Position numbers and translations under genes: made by a program. The notes below the pieces were generated by a model that was not told where the DNA came from, did no database searches, and was given only the letters and a program-made list of their open reading frames with translations. Below, in pieces: positions 1 to 9,257 of a stretch of 64,000 bases of DNA; within the stretch, counting starts at the first letter, position 1, and every line of letters begins with the position of its first letter. The stretch lies in the IMG/VR virus record IMGVR_UViG_3300032770_000001, positions 391,709 through 455,708 of that record, one strand, 5' to 3'.

Positions 1-2105
1 TCATCCTCACCGAACGACTTGGCGACTTCAGTGAGCTTGTCACCCAAACCGCCCCCATCCAACGCCTGACGATCCCAGAATCCTGCACCGTGACCGTTGC
101 GGGTCAGCCAGAAATCGTGTCCAGCTTGCTCTTCTGACGACCACTCACCGTGTCCGTCGTAGCCGGGACGCTGGTAAGCCTCGTTGAGCAGGGCTTCAGC
201 TTTCTGTTGGAACGCCTGACAATCCTGAGACATCTTGTTGAGCGTCTCTGGAGCGATGTCGCGGATATCGTAATTGCGATCCAAAGGCTCACCGCCACTC
301 GGATCGGAGTTGTCATTCGAAGACCACAGGGCGGCTGTAACATAAGCCGTCGTGAAGTCATCAAGCTGCTGAGCAAGCTTCTTCATAGAGCCAGCCCACC
401 ATGCTGCTTTCTTCGACTTCTGTTTCTTGAGCGAAGATGACATCGACATCGGATTCGGCCCCCACTTGCCAGCGTCGATCTCAGCCTGATGATCGAACGT
501 TGCGTGATGTGCCTGATTGTCCTGACTCATGCTGGCAGCGTATTCCATCATGTGGTCTTTGTGTTTTTCGAGACCCTTCTTGTCGCCAACACGGGCAGCT
601 TCCCAAGCGGCACTTGCGGATGCGCTCAGGCTGTCTGTTTCTTGAGCGTGTAGACGCCCAACGTCTGCCTTCGGAGTAAACTCCATGCGCTTTGCTTGCT
701 TGCGCTCTTCTTCCGGACGGCGAGGAACACCAGTCTCATCCAGAGCGATACCAATCGGTGCGCTCGTGAGTTCGACCACAGGCATGTCTTTTTCGGATGT
801 GTAGCCTTCCTTCTCCTGATTGCCCTTTTCGGCGGCTTCGGTGCCCGGCCCAACGTTTGTGAACGGGGTCTCGTGCACTGCGGCACCGCTCTTGTTCTTC
901 TCGCGAATCTTGGCGAAGTCGATACGCATACCAGTACCCTCGCACTGAGGGCAGTTGTCGCGCTGGACACCGGGCTTGCAAGAACAAGGCTGTCCGGTCT
1001 TCGGCTGGTATTCAGCCGTTGTAGGCATCGGCTTCACTGGGGTGCCCGGACGCGGGACGGAAGTCACCGCCTGCGGACGTGAAGATGGATCGGCGAACAG
1101 ACTCATGTCCTTTGGATTGCCGGAGATTTCGTCGGTTTTATCAGCCGGACCAGCCTTCTTGACAACGTAACCCTTGTCATCGCAATAGCGGCAGCCGTCG
1201 CCCTCACACTTCGGGCACTCTTCCTGAGCCGTCTTCTGCTCGGAGGAGATACGTGGAACCTGCACGTTCTTGGTTGGAGCCTTGCCTTCCGACGCATCCT
1301 CAACGCCCTCAGTTTCCGGCAACATGGAGTTGCGGAGTGCCTGATCGAGCGACTCGAATACGTTCATTTCCTGAGGATCGAGTTCCTGTTTGGTGACCTC
1401 GTCGGCAGTCTTGCGGGTCAGCAGAATGGTCTTCTTGAGCGAACTTTGCTTGGTCAACAGCGGGTATTCCTTCAGCGGATTCTCAGCAATCGCCGGGAAG
1501 TTCAGCTTCGGAGTGATGTTGTCCACGCTCCACTGAGTCGTATCCACATCGGTCATGATGGCGTCGAACGCCGAAGAGAGACGCGGATCGAAATATGCGG
1601 AGAAGATCAGGTGACGAACCAAATTGGCGAGTTGGTTGTCGTCCTTGGTAAAGTGGAAGCCGATGTACTCACGCTGGTTAACCCAGTGTGGGGCGAAGAT
1701 GATGAGGGCGGCGAATTTGCCGTCGCCGACACCGAACAACTCTTCCTTGATGGAATCGTAATCTGCCTGCGAATACTCGTCGAACTCGCTATCGCCGATC
1801 TTGTGCGAGATCAGGTCGGACATTTCCTCACCGCCGTAGGTACGCACGAGGCAACCGTAAAGCAGAGAGGTCGGGAATTCAGCACCGCTCTTGCCCGTTA
1901 CAGACGGAGGAATGACGTAGATGCGACCGATGGAAATGTTCTGACGGAAGCCCTTGTAGAAGGCTTCGAAGGACTGAATCGTGCCCGAATTGCGAGCTTC
2001 CTTTTCGCCAGCCTTAATTGCCTCGACAACTTTGGCGAGGAGTCCATCGTTCACCATGTAGCCTTGGAACGACTTCAATGCGATGCTGTTTCCACTGACG
2101 CCCAT
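1..2105 (-). CDS. K-x-A-punctuated modular polyprotein, putative internal head protein (3' end runs off the window)
   Basis: Absent from the ORF track because it has no stop in the window. ATG at 2105 with RBS AAGGGG. Translation MGVSGNSIALKSFQG...; includes KTAQEECPKCEGDGCRYC, CSCKPGVQRDNCPQCEGTG and KKLA-QQLDDFTTAYVTAALWSS...GHDFWLTRNGHGAGFWDR modules. Confidence 0.85.
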   Translation of the reverse strand, partial: MGVSGNSIALKSFQGYMVNDGLLAKVVEAIKAGEKEARNSGTIQSFEAFYKGFRQNISIGRIYVIPPSVTGKSGAEFPTSLLYGCLVRTYGGEEMSDLISHKIGDSEFDEYSQADYDSIKEELFGVGDGKFAALIIFAPHWVNQREYIGFHFTKDDNQLANLVRHLIFSAYFDPRLSSAFDAIMTDVDTTQWSVDNITPKLNFPAIAENPLKEYPLLTKQSSLKKTILLTRKTADEVTKQELDPQEMNVFESLDQALRNSMLPETEGVEDASEGKAPTKNVQVPRISSEQKTAQEECPKCEGDGCRYCDDKGYVVKKAGPADKTDEISGNPKDMSLFADPSSRPQAVTSVPRPGTPVKPMPTTAEYQPKTGQPCSCKPGVQRDNCPQCEGTGMRIDFAKIREKNKSGAAVHETPFTNVGPGTEAAEKGNQEKEGYTSEKDMPVVELTSAPIGIALDETGVPRRPEEERKQAKRMEFTPKADVGRLHAQETDSLSASASAAWEAARVGDKKGLEKHKDHMMEYAASMSQDNQAHHATFDHQAEIDAGKWGPNPMSMSSSLKKQKSKKAAWWAGSMKKLAQQLDDFTTAYVTAALWSSNDNSDPSGGEPLDRNYDIRDIAPETLNKMSQDCQAFQQKAEALLNEAYQRPGYDGHGEWSSEEQAGHDFWLTRNGHGAGFWDRQALDGGGLGDKLTEVAKSFGED

Positions 2106-2116
2106 GTCTATTCCCC

Positions 2117-2767
2117 TTACTTAGTCTGTGCGATATCACGCCGCACTTGATCTTCTTCAGTCTTCCAGAGTTCACGCCACGCCATCAAGAAGTTGCTGAT
2201 GGTGTGGTCACTGACCTGAACCGAGTGCAGAGCACGTTTGTTCATTTCAATGATGTAGTGCATGAGCTTCGCGAATTTCACGCCTTCAAAGTTGATGTTG
2301 TCAACTTTGGCATCGTTCGCTTCGAGAAGCTGCTTACCTAACTCGCGTGCGCCCTTGAGTTGTTCCAAGGACGTTTTCATTCCCTCTTTGTCGTTAGAGC
2401 CGGATACCTTCAGTTCCTCAATGTAGCGGAGCAATGAAGCCATCTCCAGTGCAATCGTTTTGGAAATCTCTTCGTTGGTTGCGGACGGATCGGCAATCAA
2501 CTTCTCGATCTCCTGAATTTTCGACACACGTGTCGGCTTTTTCTTGTCTGCCTCGCTCTGACCTTCGACCGCAGCATCGGCAGCCTTTAGCAGCCCTGCG
2601 GCATCGACCTTCGCCGGGGCCGGGGTTTCCGGTGCTACCGGGAGGTTGCCTACCGCTGTGCTCGCTAAACGTTCAGCGACGGTTGTAGTTTCGGTTGCTG
2701 TTGATGTCACTTCTGCACCCTCTTCCTTAAAATCAACGCTCATACGTTGGGATGTTGACTCGTGCAT
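2117..2767 (-). CDS. Helical hypothetical protein (terminase small subunit is a weak possibility)
   Basis: 216 aa ORF coupled to the upstream gene by TAATG overlap; amphipathic helices. Function is a guess from size and context. Confidence 0.6.
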   Translation of the reverse strand: MHESTSQRMSVDFKEEGAEVTSTATETTTVAERLASTAVGNLPVAPETPAPAKVDAAGLLKAADAAVEGQSEADKKKPTRVSKIQEIEKLIADPSATNEEISKTIALEMASLLRYIEELKVSGSNDKEGMKTSLEQLKGARELGKQLLEANDAKVDNINFEGVKFAKLMHYIIEMNKRALHSVQVSDHTISNFLMAWRELWKTEEDQVRRDIAQTK

Positions 2768-4713
2768 TAAAAGTCTCCCAACTTCGATGAGTTCGGCATC
2801 TGCACATCGCCGAAATCACCGCTGTATTCGATGTCCGCCATCTTGGTGTCGCCCGGACGACCGCTGCTCGCAGTCAGTTCGAACTCAGCGAGAATTGAAC
2901 GTCCATCTTCCGGCACCGATCCGGTCTTGTGACCTTCAGATACCGTAGCGACCTTCTTGGTGCTGCCCTGCTTGTCCATACCGGGGAACGTTAACAACGT
3001 CCCACCAGTCAGACCGCAATGCATACCCTGACGGTACACGCATGTGCCGCACTTCGCAGCGCCCACAATCGGGTTGTGCACGGCGAGCTTGTTCTTGAGG
3101 AACGTGCAATCAATCTGCGACAACGCAACCTTGATCGGCTTATTCTTCAGGCTGGCAATGAAATCCTTCACTGCCTTGCTCGCCTTGGCAGACCCGACTT
3201 TGGCTGCCGCTGACTTGTAAATCTTCTCCAGTGAGTGACCCTTCTTGTGGTAGTGCTCGATCACGCTGGCATCGATTTCCGGACTTGCAGCCAGACGCTC
3301 ACGGCGCAACTGATCCGGGTTGGACTCGACGTAGTTCTGTGGAACGCGAGACAACGGGCTGGCTTTCATTGATTTCTCAAAGCCAGCAGTTTTCTCGATC
3401 TTCTTGCAGCACGCACATTTGGCAGCCCCAACCAGATTCATGGCGTGAACGCCACGCTCTTTCAGGAACTTCACATCGGCGGCAGCGAGAACAACCTGCC
3501 CGTTCACATTCGGACGCAGAGTCGCGACAAAACCAGACAACGCTTTGGCTGCCGGGTAGGTGCCGAACTTCTTCTCAGCGGCGGCTGTGATCGCTTTCAA
3601 GCTGTGACCCTTCTGGTGCAACTTCGCAACATGCGAAGAGTCCCACGAAAGCGGAGCCACGCGGTTAGCACGCTTCGCCTGCGCATCGACGTGACCGACG
3701 ACTGGAGCCGAAATGCCGGATGACGCCGTCTTCGGGCTCTTCGGCATAACCGGAGATTTGGTGCCATCGTTTCCATTGGCGATGTTCACCAAAGCAGCAC
3801 GCTTCATCTTTTCCGGCACACCCGCCGTCAGCTTGTTGACAATCGGAGTCAGTTCCTTGGTGTTTGCCACGATGGGAAGCTTGTACAGACCGCAAGTCTT
3901 CTGGGAACCGTTCTTCTGGAAGAACTGGCAACCCTGACATGCACTGATTTGCTTCACCGACGCCGCCTTCGGCTTAATGCCTGCGGCTTTCCACTGCTTT
4001 GCTTGGCGCAGGCAGTCGTTCGAATCCGAACCCTGCTTCTTGCGCTCATAGGTCGGCGAATTCTTGTCCATGTAAGTATTGGGCTCAAGATACGCCATAC
4101 CGAGCAGTCCCGCGTTGTCCTGCAAGTAGCGGGTGCCGATCTGGTGATTCATCAATTCCAATTCAGCCAGCTTGCGAGCGATCTTCGCCGGGGACACACC
4201 CTGATTGAGCAGATCGTGAATGTATTTCTTGACTTCGGCATCCGAGATGGCTTTCTTCTCGGCGCTGTTCTCAGCAAGATTGTTGTCCTTGCCAGCCTGT
4301 TCGAGACTCTGAGTCACTTCGGCGAACAGAGATTCGTCATCACCAAAACTGTTCTTGTAGTCCTGAGGGCTGCTGGCTTCGTGGTTGCGCCAGTTCTCAG
4401 CCGAGCCGCCGACGCCGGAGAATGCCTGATCCTTGTGCGCCATGCGATCAAGATGTGTCGAGCGGGCCTCAGCGAGGCGCTGCTTCTTCAAATCATTGAG
4501 GTTCGAGCTTTTGCCAGTCGGCCAGACCGGAGTGTGGCGGGAGGCGGACTCGGCGATGTCGTCCGTAAAATCCTCGTCCACGTACTGGTGCGTGCGGTCA
4601 AGCTGCTCTTCGCCAGATTCCTTAGCTTCGTCGAGACCGAGGTCCTTCCAAGCGGGTTCGCGATCTTCCAAAAGCTGGTCGATGAGCGGGGTGTACTTTT
4701 CTTTATCTGCCAT
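2767..4713 (-). CDS. K-x-A-containing putative head protein with internal helical+Cys repeats
   Basis: 648 aa, RBS AGGAG; repeats KGHSL...VGAAKCxxC; motifs KKAIS, KTAS, KTAG, KVAT. Confidence 0.8.
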   Translation of the reverse strand: MADKEKYTPLIDQLLEDREPAWKDLGLDEAKESGEEQLDRTHQYVDEDFTDDIAESASRHTPVWPTGKSSNLNDLKKQRLAEARSTHLDRMAHKDQAFSGVGGSAENWRNHEASSPQDYKNSFGDDESLFAEVTQSLEQAGKDNNLAENSAEKKAISDAEVKKYIHDLLNQGVSPAKIARKLAELELMNHQIGTRYLQDNAGLLGMAYLEPNTYMDKNSPTYERKKQGSDSNDCLRQAKQWKAAGIKPKAASVKQISACQGCQFFQKNGSQKTCGLYKLPIVANTKELTPIVNKLTAGVPEKMKRAALVNIANGNDGTKSPVMPKSPKTASSGISAPVVGHVDAQAKRANRVAPLSWDSSHVAKLHQKGHSLKAITAAAEKKFGTYPAAKALSGFVATLRPNVNGQVVLAAADVKFLKERGVHAMNLVGAAKCACCKKIEKTAGFEKSMKASPLSRVPQNYVESNPDQLRRERLAASPEIDASVIEHYHKKGHSLEKIYKSAAAKVGSAKASKAVKDFIASLKNKPIKVALSQIDCTFLKNKLAVHNPIVGAAKCGTCVYRQGMHCGLTGGTLLTFPGMDKQGSTKKVATVSEGHKTGSVPEDGRSILAEFELTASSGRPGDTKMADIEYSGDFGDVQMPNSSKLGDF

Positions 4714-4724
4714 GGTCTCCTACC

Positions 4725-5048
4725 TTAAAACTCGATGTCGTCCATCACGCTGGACATAAAGCCAGTCGGGTTGCGACGGGGTGCCGCCACAATGGACTCG
4801 CCGTTGTCAACCTCGTCAGCGCCAACGAGTTTGATGATCTTGTTGCCCTTCACCTGCCAGAAGTCGCGGGTGCTGGGACACTCGTAAATGTTGCCTGCCA
4901 CGCGCTCTAAGCCGAGGGAGGCGATCTTCTGCTTGACCTCCGGATCGAGGGGAACGCTGGAAATAAAAGTGTTCAATGTGAATCTGCCGGAGACCTTTTC
5001 TTTGGATTGCCCCAGCCCAAACGATGCTACGTGACGAAGTTTGCCCAT
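4725..5048 (-). CDS. Small putative virion head protein
   Basis: 107 aa downstream of a late-promoter motif; KIAS and RVAG motifs. Confidence 0.7.
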   Translation of the reverse strand: MGKLRHVASFGLGQSKEKVSGRFTLNTFISSVPLDPEVKQKIASLGLERVAGNIYECPSTRDFWQVKGNKIIKLVGADEVDNGESIVAAPRRNPTGFMSSVMDDIEF

Positions 5049-5057
5049 GTCGCTGAC

Positions 5058-5079
5058 CTCTGATTAGAAGTTCGATAGT
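5058..5079 (-). promoter_or_regulatory. Putative late promoter (ACTAT-N12-CAGAG)
   Basis: Match to the recurring bipartite motif upstream of structural genes. Confidence 0.55.
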
Positions 5080-5118
5080 TGATTTTCGGGTAAATTTCCC
5101 CAAAACCGAAATCTCGCG

Positions 5119-5138
5119 ACTTCGGAGTTCCTTAATAG
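5119..5138 (+). promoter_or_regulatory. Putative late promoter (ACTTC-N12-TAG)
   Basis: Same motif, divergent orientation, upstream of 5151. Confidence 0.55.
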
Positions 5139-5150
5139 CGAGGCTTTCTC

Positions 5151-5936
5151 ATGCAGATTAAGAACATCAAAATCTTCGACTCCACCAACGCCGCCGATGG
5201 TTCGTGGATCGATATCAGCAATTGCGTAGCACTCTCGGTCGGTCTTTCCGGCGTCGAAAGCAAAACGTGGATCGAGGTCTCGAACGACCCGAATATCATG
5301 ATCGACGGCACTTCTGTCGTCAGTCCGCCTGCGACTCCCGTCCTGAGCCAAGCCCCCGCGCCGAACGGCGGCGGATTGACATCGCAAGGCACCTACTTCG
5401 TGAAGCTGACCTATATCACCAAGTACGGGCAGACTCTACCTTCTTCGGAAGCAAGCCTCGCAGTCAGCGACGGCAACGTTCTGAGCATCGCGGCTCCCGG
5501 TCCTGATCCAGCAGGTCTGGCAATCGGCTATTTGATCTATGCCAGCAAGACCACTGGCACCGAAAGACTTCAGAACGGTCCGCAATTCGTGAATTCAATT
5601 ACGGTCGATTCCACACCCGGCTACCACTACACTTCCAATACCGCGTTGCCTGTCAATCAGCCTGCGGCTTTGCCGTATCTGTTCAGCACGAGCGGTCCGA
5701 CCGTTCCGGTCTCGAACACGTCCGGCGGACCGGGCATCGGCATCAACATCACCGGAGACTTGGGGACGTTTACGCCCCCGTCCGGGCTTGATGAGATTGC
5801 GATTTTCTATGACAACGTCAACAAATTGGCGATGGTCAATCCATCATGTCTGTGCTGGAAGTTCCTGCGCGTGCGCAAGGACAATACTGCGCAGACGCTT
5901 GAAACCATTGCGTGGTTGATGGGTCAGAACGGATAA
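5151..5936 (+). CDS. Putative virion structural protein (beta-rich)
   Basis: 261 aa, S/T/G/P-rich; GTYFVKLTYITKYGQTLPS-type fibre repeat. Confidence 0.7.
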   Translation: MQIKNIKIFDSTNAADGSWIDISNCVALSVGLSGVESKTWIEVSNDPNIMIDGTSVVSPPATPVLSQAPAPNGGGLTSQGTYFVKLTYITKYGQTLPSSEASLAVSDGNVLSIAAPGPDPAGLAIGYLIYASKTTGTERLQNGPQFVNSITVDSTPGYHYTSNTALPVNQPAALPYLFSTSGPTVPVSNTSGGPGIGINITGDLGTFTPPSGLDEIAIFYDNVNKLAMVNPSCLCWKFLRVRKDNTAQTLETIAWLMGQNG

Positions 5937-6010
5937 AGCTTCCCCGCCTTCGATCAAGAGGGGCTCGTGCTCCTCTGAGGCACATACTAGCCTCTTTACG
6001 GGGGTTGCGG

Positions 6011-6454
6011 CTAGGCGGGGTTAACAGTCGCAGCCTCAACCTTCGGTGCCAAGTAGATCGAGGCACGAAGCAGGGTCTTTGAATCCTGAAAGACCTGAAG
6101 ACCCTTCTGGCAGTCCGAGCAAATCAACCCATGGACGTGACCATCGCGGTAATCGACCACCGTCTTGCGGTTGTAGAGCACCAACGGGCGTTCGCAGATC
6201 GGGCATTGCTGATTCTGAGTACGCCACATGTTGAGATACTCTCCCGGCTGCATGTTGAACTGAGCGAGAAGGTAGGCGTCCTGAACCTTGACCTTCGTCC
6301 AGAAGGTGCCGCAATAGGCATTGTGGCAGGTTTTGCAGTAGTGGGACTTGCCGGAGGCGGTGCGTTTGTTCTCACCGAAGGCACCTAAAGGCAACCATTT
6401 CTTGCACTTGTTGCACCACTTCTCTTTTTCGTTGAACAGCCGTTTACGTCCCAT
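6011..6454 (-). CDS. Endonuclease VII-like protein, apparently catalytically degenerate
   Basis: N-terminal KWCNKC...YCKTC Zn finger; C-terminal CPIC...VDYRDGHVHGLICSDCQKGL where the family normally has DHDH...RGLLCxxCN. Confidence 0.75.
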   Translation of the reverse strand: MGRKRLFNEKEKWCNKCKKWLPLGAFGENKRTASGKSHYCKTCHNAYCGTFWTKVKVQDAYLLAQFNMQPGEYLNMWRTQNQQCPICERPLVLYNRKTVVDYRDGHVHGLICSDCQKGLQVFQDSKTLLRASIYLAPKVEAATVNPA

Positions 6455-6510
6455 GCAATCCTCCTATTTCCTCTCTAAAAATAGGGATTTGATAGTCGGC
6501 GAATTCGCCC

Positions 6511-6531
6511 AATATCAAACCGTAGTTAGAG
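6511..6531 (+). promoter_or_regulatory. Putative late promoter (AATAT-N11-TAGAG)
   Basis: Variant of the bipartite motif upstream of 6558. Confidence 0.45.
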
Positions 6532-6557
6532 GAAACTTTCCTTAGAGGCACACATCA

Positions 6558-7889
6558 ATGGCAACTCCAACACTGGTTTCAGCGGGTTACGGCAACCCGG
6601 TAGTCTACGGTGGGCACATTCAGAACGCTTGGTCAAACAACCAAGGCGACAACATTGTGGTCAGCCCGACCGCTGGCAACACGCTTGTCGTGTTCGTCTT
6701 CGGTTTCCGCACCTACGATCCGTTCAACTTGTTCCACAACACAACTCCGGTTGTCCCGACTGGCTGGTCCGTCGGTATCAACGACATGACTCTGACCCCG
6801 ACGATCACGGACAACTCCGGTGACTCTGTTGCCGTCACGTCCGTCACTGAGACCACAACGGCACTGACCCTGACTGATGTCAACACGGCGGTGGGTGGTT
6901 CGGCAGTCTACGATGGCACCATCACTGGTGGTGCTGCGAACGCTCTGGCTGGCTACAAGTTCCAAGTAGCAGGCTTTACGACCGCAGCCAACAACGGCAC
7001 ATTCCTTTGCACGGCGTCTACCGCGACGAGCTTGACTCTGTCGAACGCAGCCGCAGTTGCCGAGACGCACGCCGCAACCGCGACGTACTCGTCTGTGGCA
7101 CTGACGACCGCGAGCAACAACTTCGGCGTCGGCGACGTAGTCGTTCTGGCTGGCTTTACCACGCAGACGTGGTTGAACGGTCAGTCGCAGGCTGTTGTGT
7201 CTTCCGGCTCGACCTTCAAGGTCAATGACAGCACGTTCCACGCAACCTCCGGTCCGACTGCACAGGCAGCCGCAACCGCAGCCCGTAACTCCGGCAACGA
7301 CTGGGTCACGGTCACTGGCAAGGTTCAGAACGGCGACGTGGATTACACCCCGTCCGGTGTGACCGACTTTACCGTCTCGTCCAAGTGGGACTTGAACGGC
7401 AAGTACCCGTCCGTTATCGCCTACTACGCGACAAACGTTTCGGGCGGCACCTACAACCTGAACGTCAACTCCTGCTATCAGGATGGCACGATCCGCCCCG
7501 GCGATCTCGCGGCTGGCAAGCCGTACTTCGATGGCGGCGTGGACATCCACGTTCTGGAATTCTCCGGTCTGTTGACTTCCGGCATCGGCGATCAGTCCGC
7601 AGGTGCAATGACGGCGTCCAACCCGGCGACGGTTTCTTACACCACGGCGGCGAGCGGCGACCTGATCCTCACGGGCGGTCTCATGAAGAACGGCAACGCC
7701 TTCTCGACCTATGCTCCAGTTGGCACCACGGGCACTTTGATGCTCGCGACTGGCAAGGGCGTAAGCTCGCAGGCTCACTGGGGCATCCAGATGCAGCTTC
7801 AGACTGCGAACGGCGCAATCACCCCCGGCTTTACGAACCCACTGGGTTACGAAATGGCCGTGGTTTCACTCGCACTCAAGCACGCTTAA
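6558..7889 (+). CDS. Virion surface/fibre protein sharing a 73-aa module with the tail sheath
   Basis: 443 aa, T/A/G/S-rich; followed by a strong terminator. Confidence 0.8.
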   Translation: MATPTLVSAGYGNPVVYGGHIQNAWSNNQGDNIVVSPTAGNTLVVFVFGFRTYDPFNLFHNTTPVVPTGWSVGINDMTLTPTITDNSGDSVAVTSVTETTTALTLTDVNTAVGGSAVYDGTITGGAANALAGYKFQVAGFTTAANNGTFLCTASTATSLTLSNAAAVAETHAATATYSSVALTTASNNFGVGDVVVLAGFTTQTWLNGQSQAVVSSGSTFKVNDSTFHATSGPTAQAAATAARNSGNDWVTVTGKVQNGDVDYTPSGVTDFTVSSKWDLNGKYPSVIAYYATNVSGGTYNLNVNSCYQDGTIRPGDLAAGKPYFDGGVDIHVLEFSGLLTSGIGDQSAGAMTASNPATVSYTTAASGDLILTGGLMKNGNAFSTYAPVGTTGTLMLATGKGVSSQAHWGIQMQLQTANGAITPGFTNPLGYEMAVVSLALKHA

Positions 7890-7908
7890 TCCTTCACGGA
7901 TTAGCGCG

Positions 7909-7940
7909 AGGGGCGGCTGATTTGCCGCCCCTTCTTTTTT
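7909..7940 (+). terminator. Rho-independent terminator
   Basis: aggggcggc-tgattt-gccgcccct followed by a T-tract. Confidence 0.85.
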
Positions 7941-7986
7941 CCCATAAAAATGGTCGAAAACCTCTCTTGGAAGTCGAAAAAAGTTC

Positions 7987-7995
7987 GTATTATAT
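7987..7995 (+). promoter_or_regulatory. Putative middle-class promoter element GTATT-N3-T
   Basis: gtattatat upstream of 8019; the motif recurs before other non-structural genes. Confidence 0.4.
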
Positions 7996-8018
7996 CATAG
8001 AGGTCGAATTTTAGTCAA

Positions 8019-8777
8019 ATGAGTGAGAATACACCGTACTTCGACAGCATCACATCCGCCCGTGCAATGCTCCTCGATGAGGATGAAGCCCTTCATGGCG
8101 CAACCCTGCTTTCGATGGAGTCCGATCCGGAGTTTGCCCGTGAGCAGAAAACCCTTGCCTACATCCAAGACAACTTCCCATCGTTCCTGAAGTACCTGCG
8201 GGAACTGAAAAAGGAAGATCAGGAATTGCTCCTGAGCTACTACATTCTCGCCAAGACCCAGAACACGCTCGCGGTGATCCACCGCAGCACTCAAACAGTG
8301 TGCAGCTTCCGCATCCGCATGGCCCGCAAGGTGCTGGGAGCCATGATGCTCTGGAACGGCGTGCCGGACGAAACCATCATGAGTCCGATCCTTGCCAAAG
8401 CAGGACTGGAAGACGGTTTGGCTCAGGAGGATGGCACTCCGGTCGCCCTGTCCACCGTGATCGCCATGTACGCCAAGACCCGCAGCTTCCAGAAGATCGC
8501 CGAGGTCTTCAAGCTCCACCGCCCGGACATCCGCCGCGCCATGAGCCGTTCATCCAAGACCTTGATGGAGACCAAGGACCCGGAGCAGCACGCACTGGGA
8601 GCCTACATCCACAGCTTGATCGACAAGGCAAATCCCAGCGGCACCGGATTTTCCAAAAGAAAAGTCTCGAAACTCGGTAATATATATCGTACAGACCCGG
8701 ATATTCTGGGTGAGTTCCGCATCAAAGTGGATGACCCTGAGTTCGAACACATGTTTGTTTCGAGAGCTAACCGATGA
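8019..8777 (+). CDS. Transcription factor with tandem sigma-region-4-like HTH domains
   Basis: LKKEDQELLLSYYILAKTQNTLAVIHRSTQTVCSFRIRMARKVL and YAKTRSFQKIAEVFKLHRPDIRRAMSR resemble sigma-70 region 4. Confidence 0.6.
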   Translation: MSENTPYFDSITSARAMLLDEDEALHGATLLSMESDPEFAREQKTLAYIQDNFPSFLKYLRELKKEDQELLLSYYILAKTQNTLAVIHRSTQTVCSFRIRMARKVLGAMMLWNGVPDETIMSPILAKAGLEDGLAQEDGTPVALSTVIAMYAKTRSFQKIAEVFKLHRPDIRRAMSRSSKTLMETKDPEQHALGAYIHSLIDKANPSGTGFSKRKVSKLGNIYRTDPDILGEFRIKVDDPEFEHMFVSRANR

Positions 8778-9046
8778 ACGATCAAGAGCTTCAGCAACAT
8801 AGATTAGAGCAAGAACGCGAGGATTCGCGCAGACGGTATCGACTCGTATGCATCAAACAACTGTTGGAAAGCGAGGGCGGTCGCGACAAGTTCGCAACCT
8901 CGTTGGCGGAAGTTCTTCGTCGGAAGCCGGAGGCAACTCGCTTCGCAATAACCGAGACTAGGATTGAGGAAACGGTCGAGGCTCTCGGTAGGGAGTATGA
9001 GCAGCGTTTGCGGGATGTTTTTGAAGTTGCAAAAACGAGAATTTAG
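8774..9046 (+). CDS. Small protein carrying an MCP N-terminal-arm-like motif
   Basis: QLLESEGGRDKFATSLAEVLRR vs MCP QLLKTAGGRQKLAASLGPSLRR (13/22 identical by hand); ATGA-coupled to 8019..8777. Confidence 0.75.
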   Translation: MNDQELQQHRLEQEREDSRRRYRLVCIKQLLESEGGRDKFATSLAEVLRRKPEATRFAITETRIEETVEALGREYEQRLRDVFEVAKTRI

Positions 9047-9054
9047 GAGAGAGT

Positions 9055-9237
9055 ATGACACTCGATATGGTCAAAGCAGTGATTGAACGCGCCAGCGTGG
9101 GGCGCACACCCCAAACGATCAAGTCTTCAGTCGGCTTGTCGTTCCCGGAAGTGAACTACATCATCGAACAGTTCCGCCGTGGTCAAAACGCGAAGCAGAT
9201 CACTGAGACGATGAACAAAAAAGGCTTCAAGCTGTAA
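9055..9237 (+). CDS. Small hypothetical protein, possible HTH with an internal duplication
   Basis: 60 aa, RBS AGGAGA; IERASVGRTPQTI / IEQFRRGQNAKQI. Confidence 0.7.
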   Translation: MTLDMVKAVIERASVGRTPQTIKSSVGLSFPEVNYIIEQFRRGQNAKQITETMNKKGFKL

Positions 9238-9248
9238 GGAAATCCTCA

Positions 9249-9257
9249 GTATTGAAT
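9249..9257 (+). promoter_or_regulatory. Putative middle-class promoter element GTATT-N3-T
   Basis: gtattgaat in the intergenic region upstream of 9310. Confidence 0.4.

Noticed and set aside
1446-2150. 234-aa plus-strand ORF (and 3949..4728)
   Set aside because: Shadows of the minus-strand genes 1..2105 and 2767..4713.
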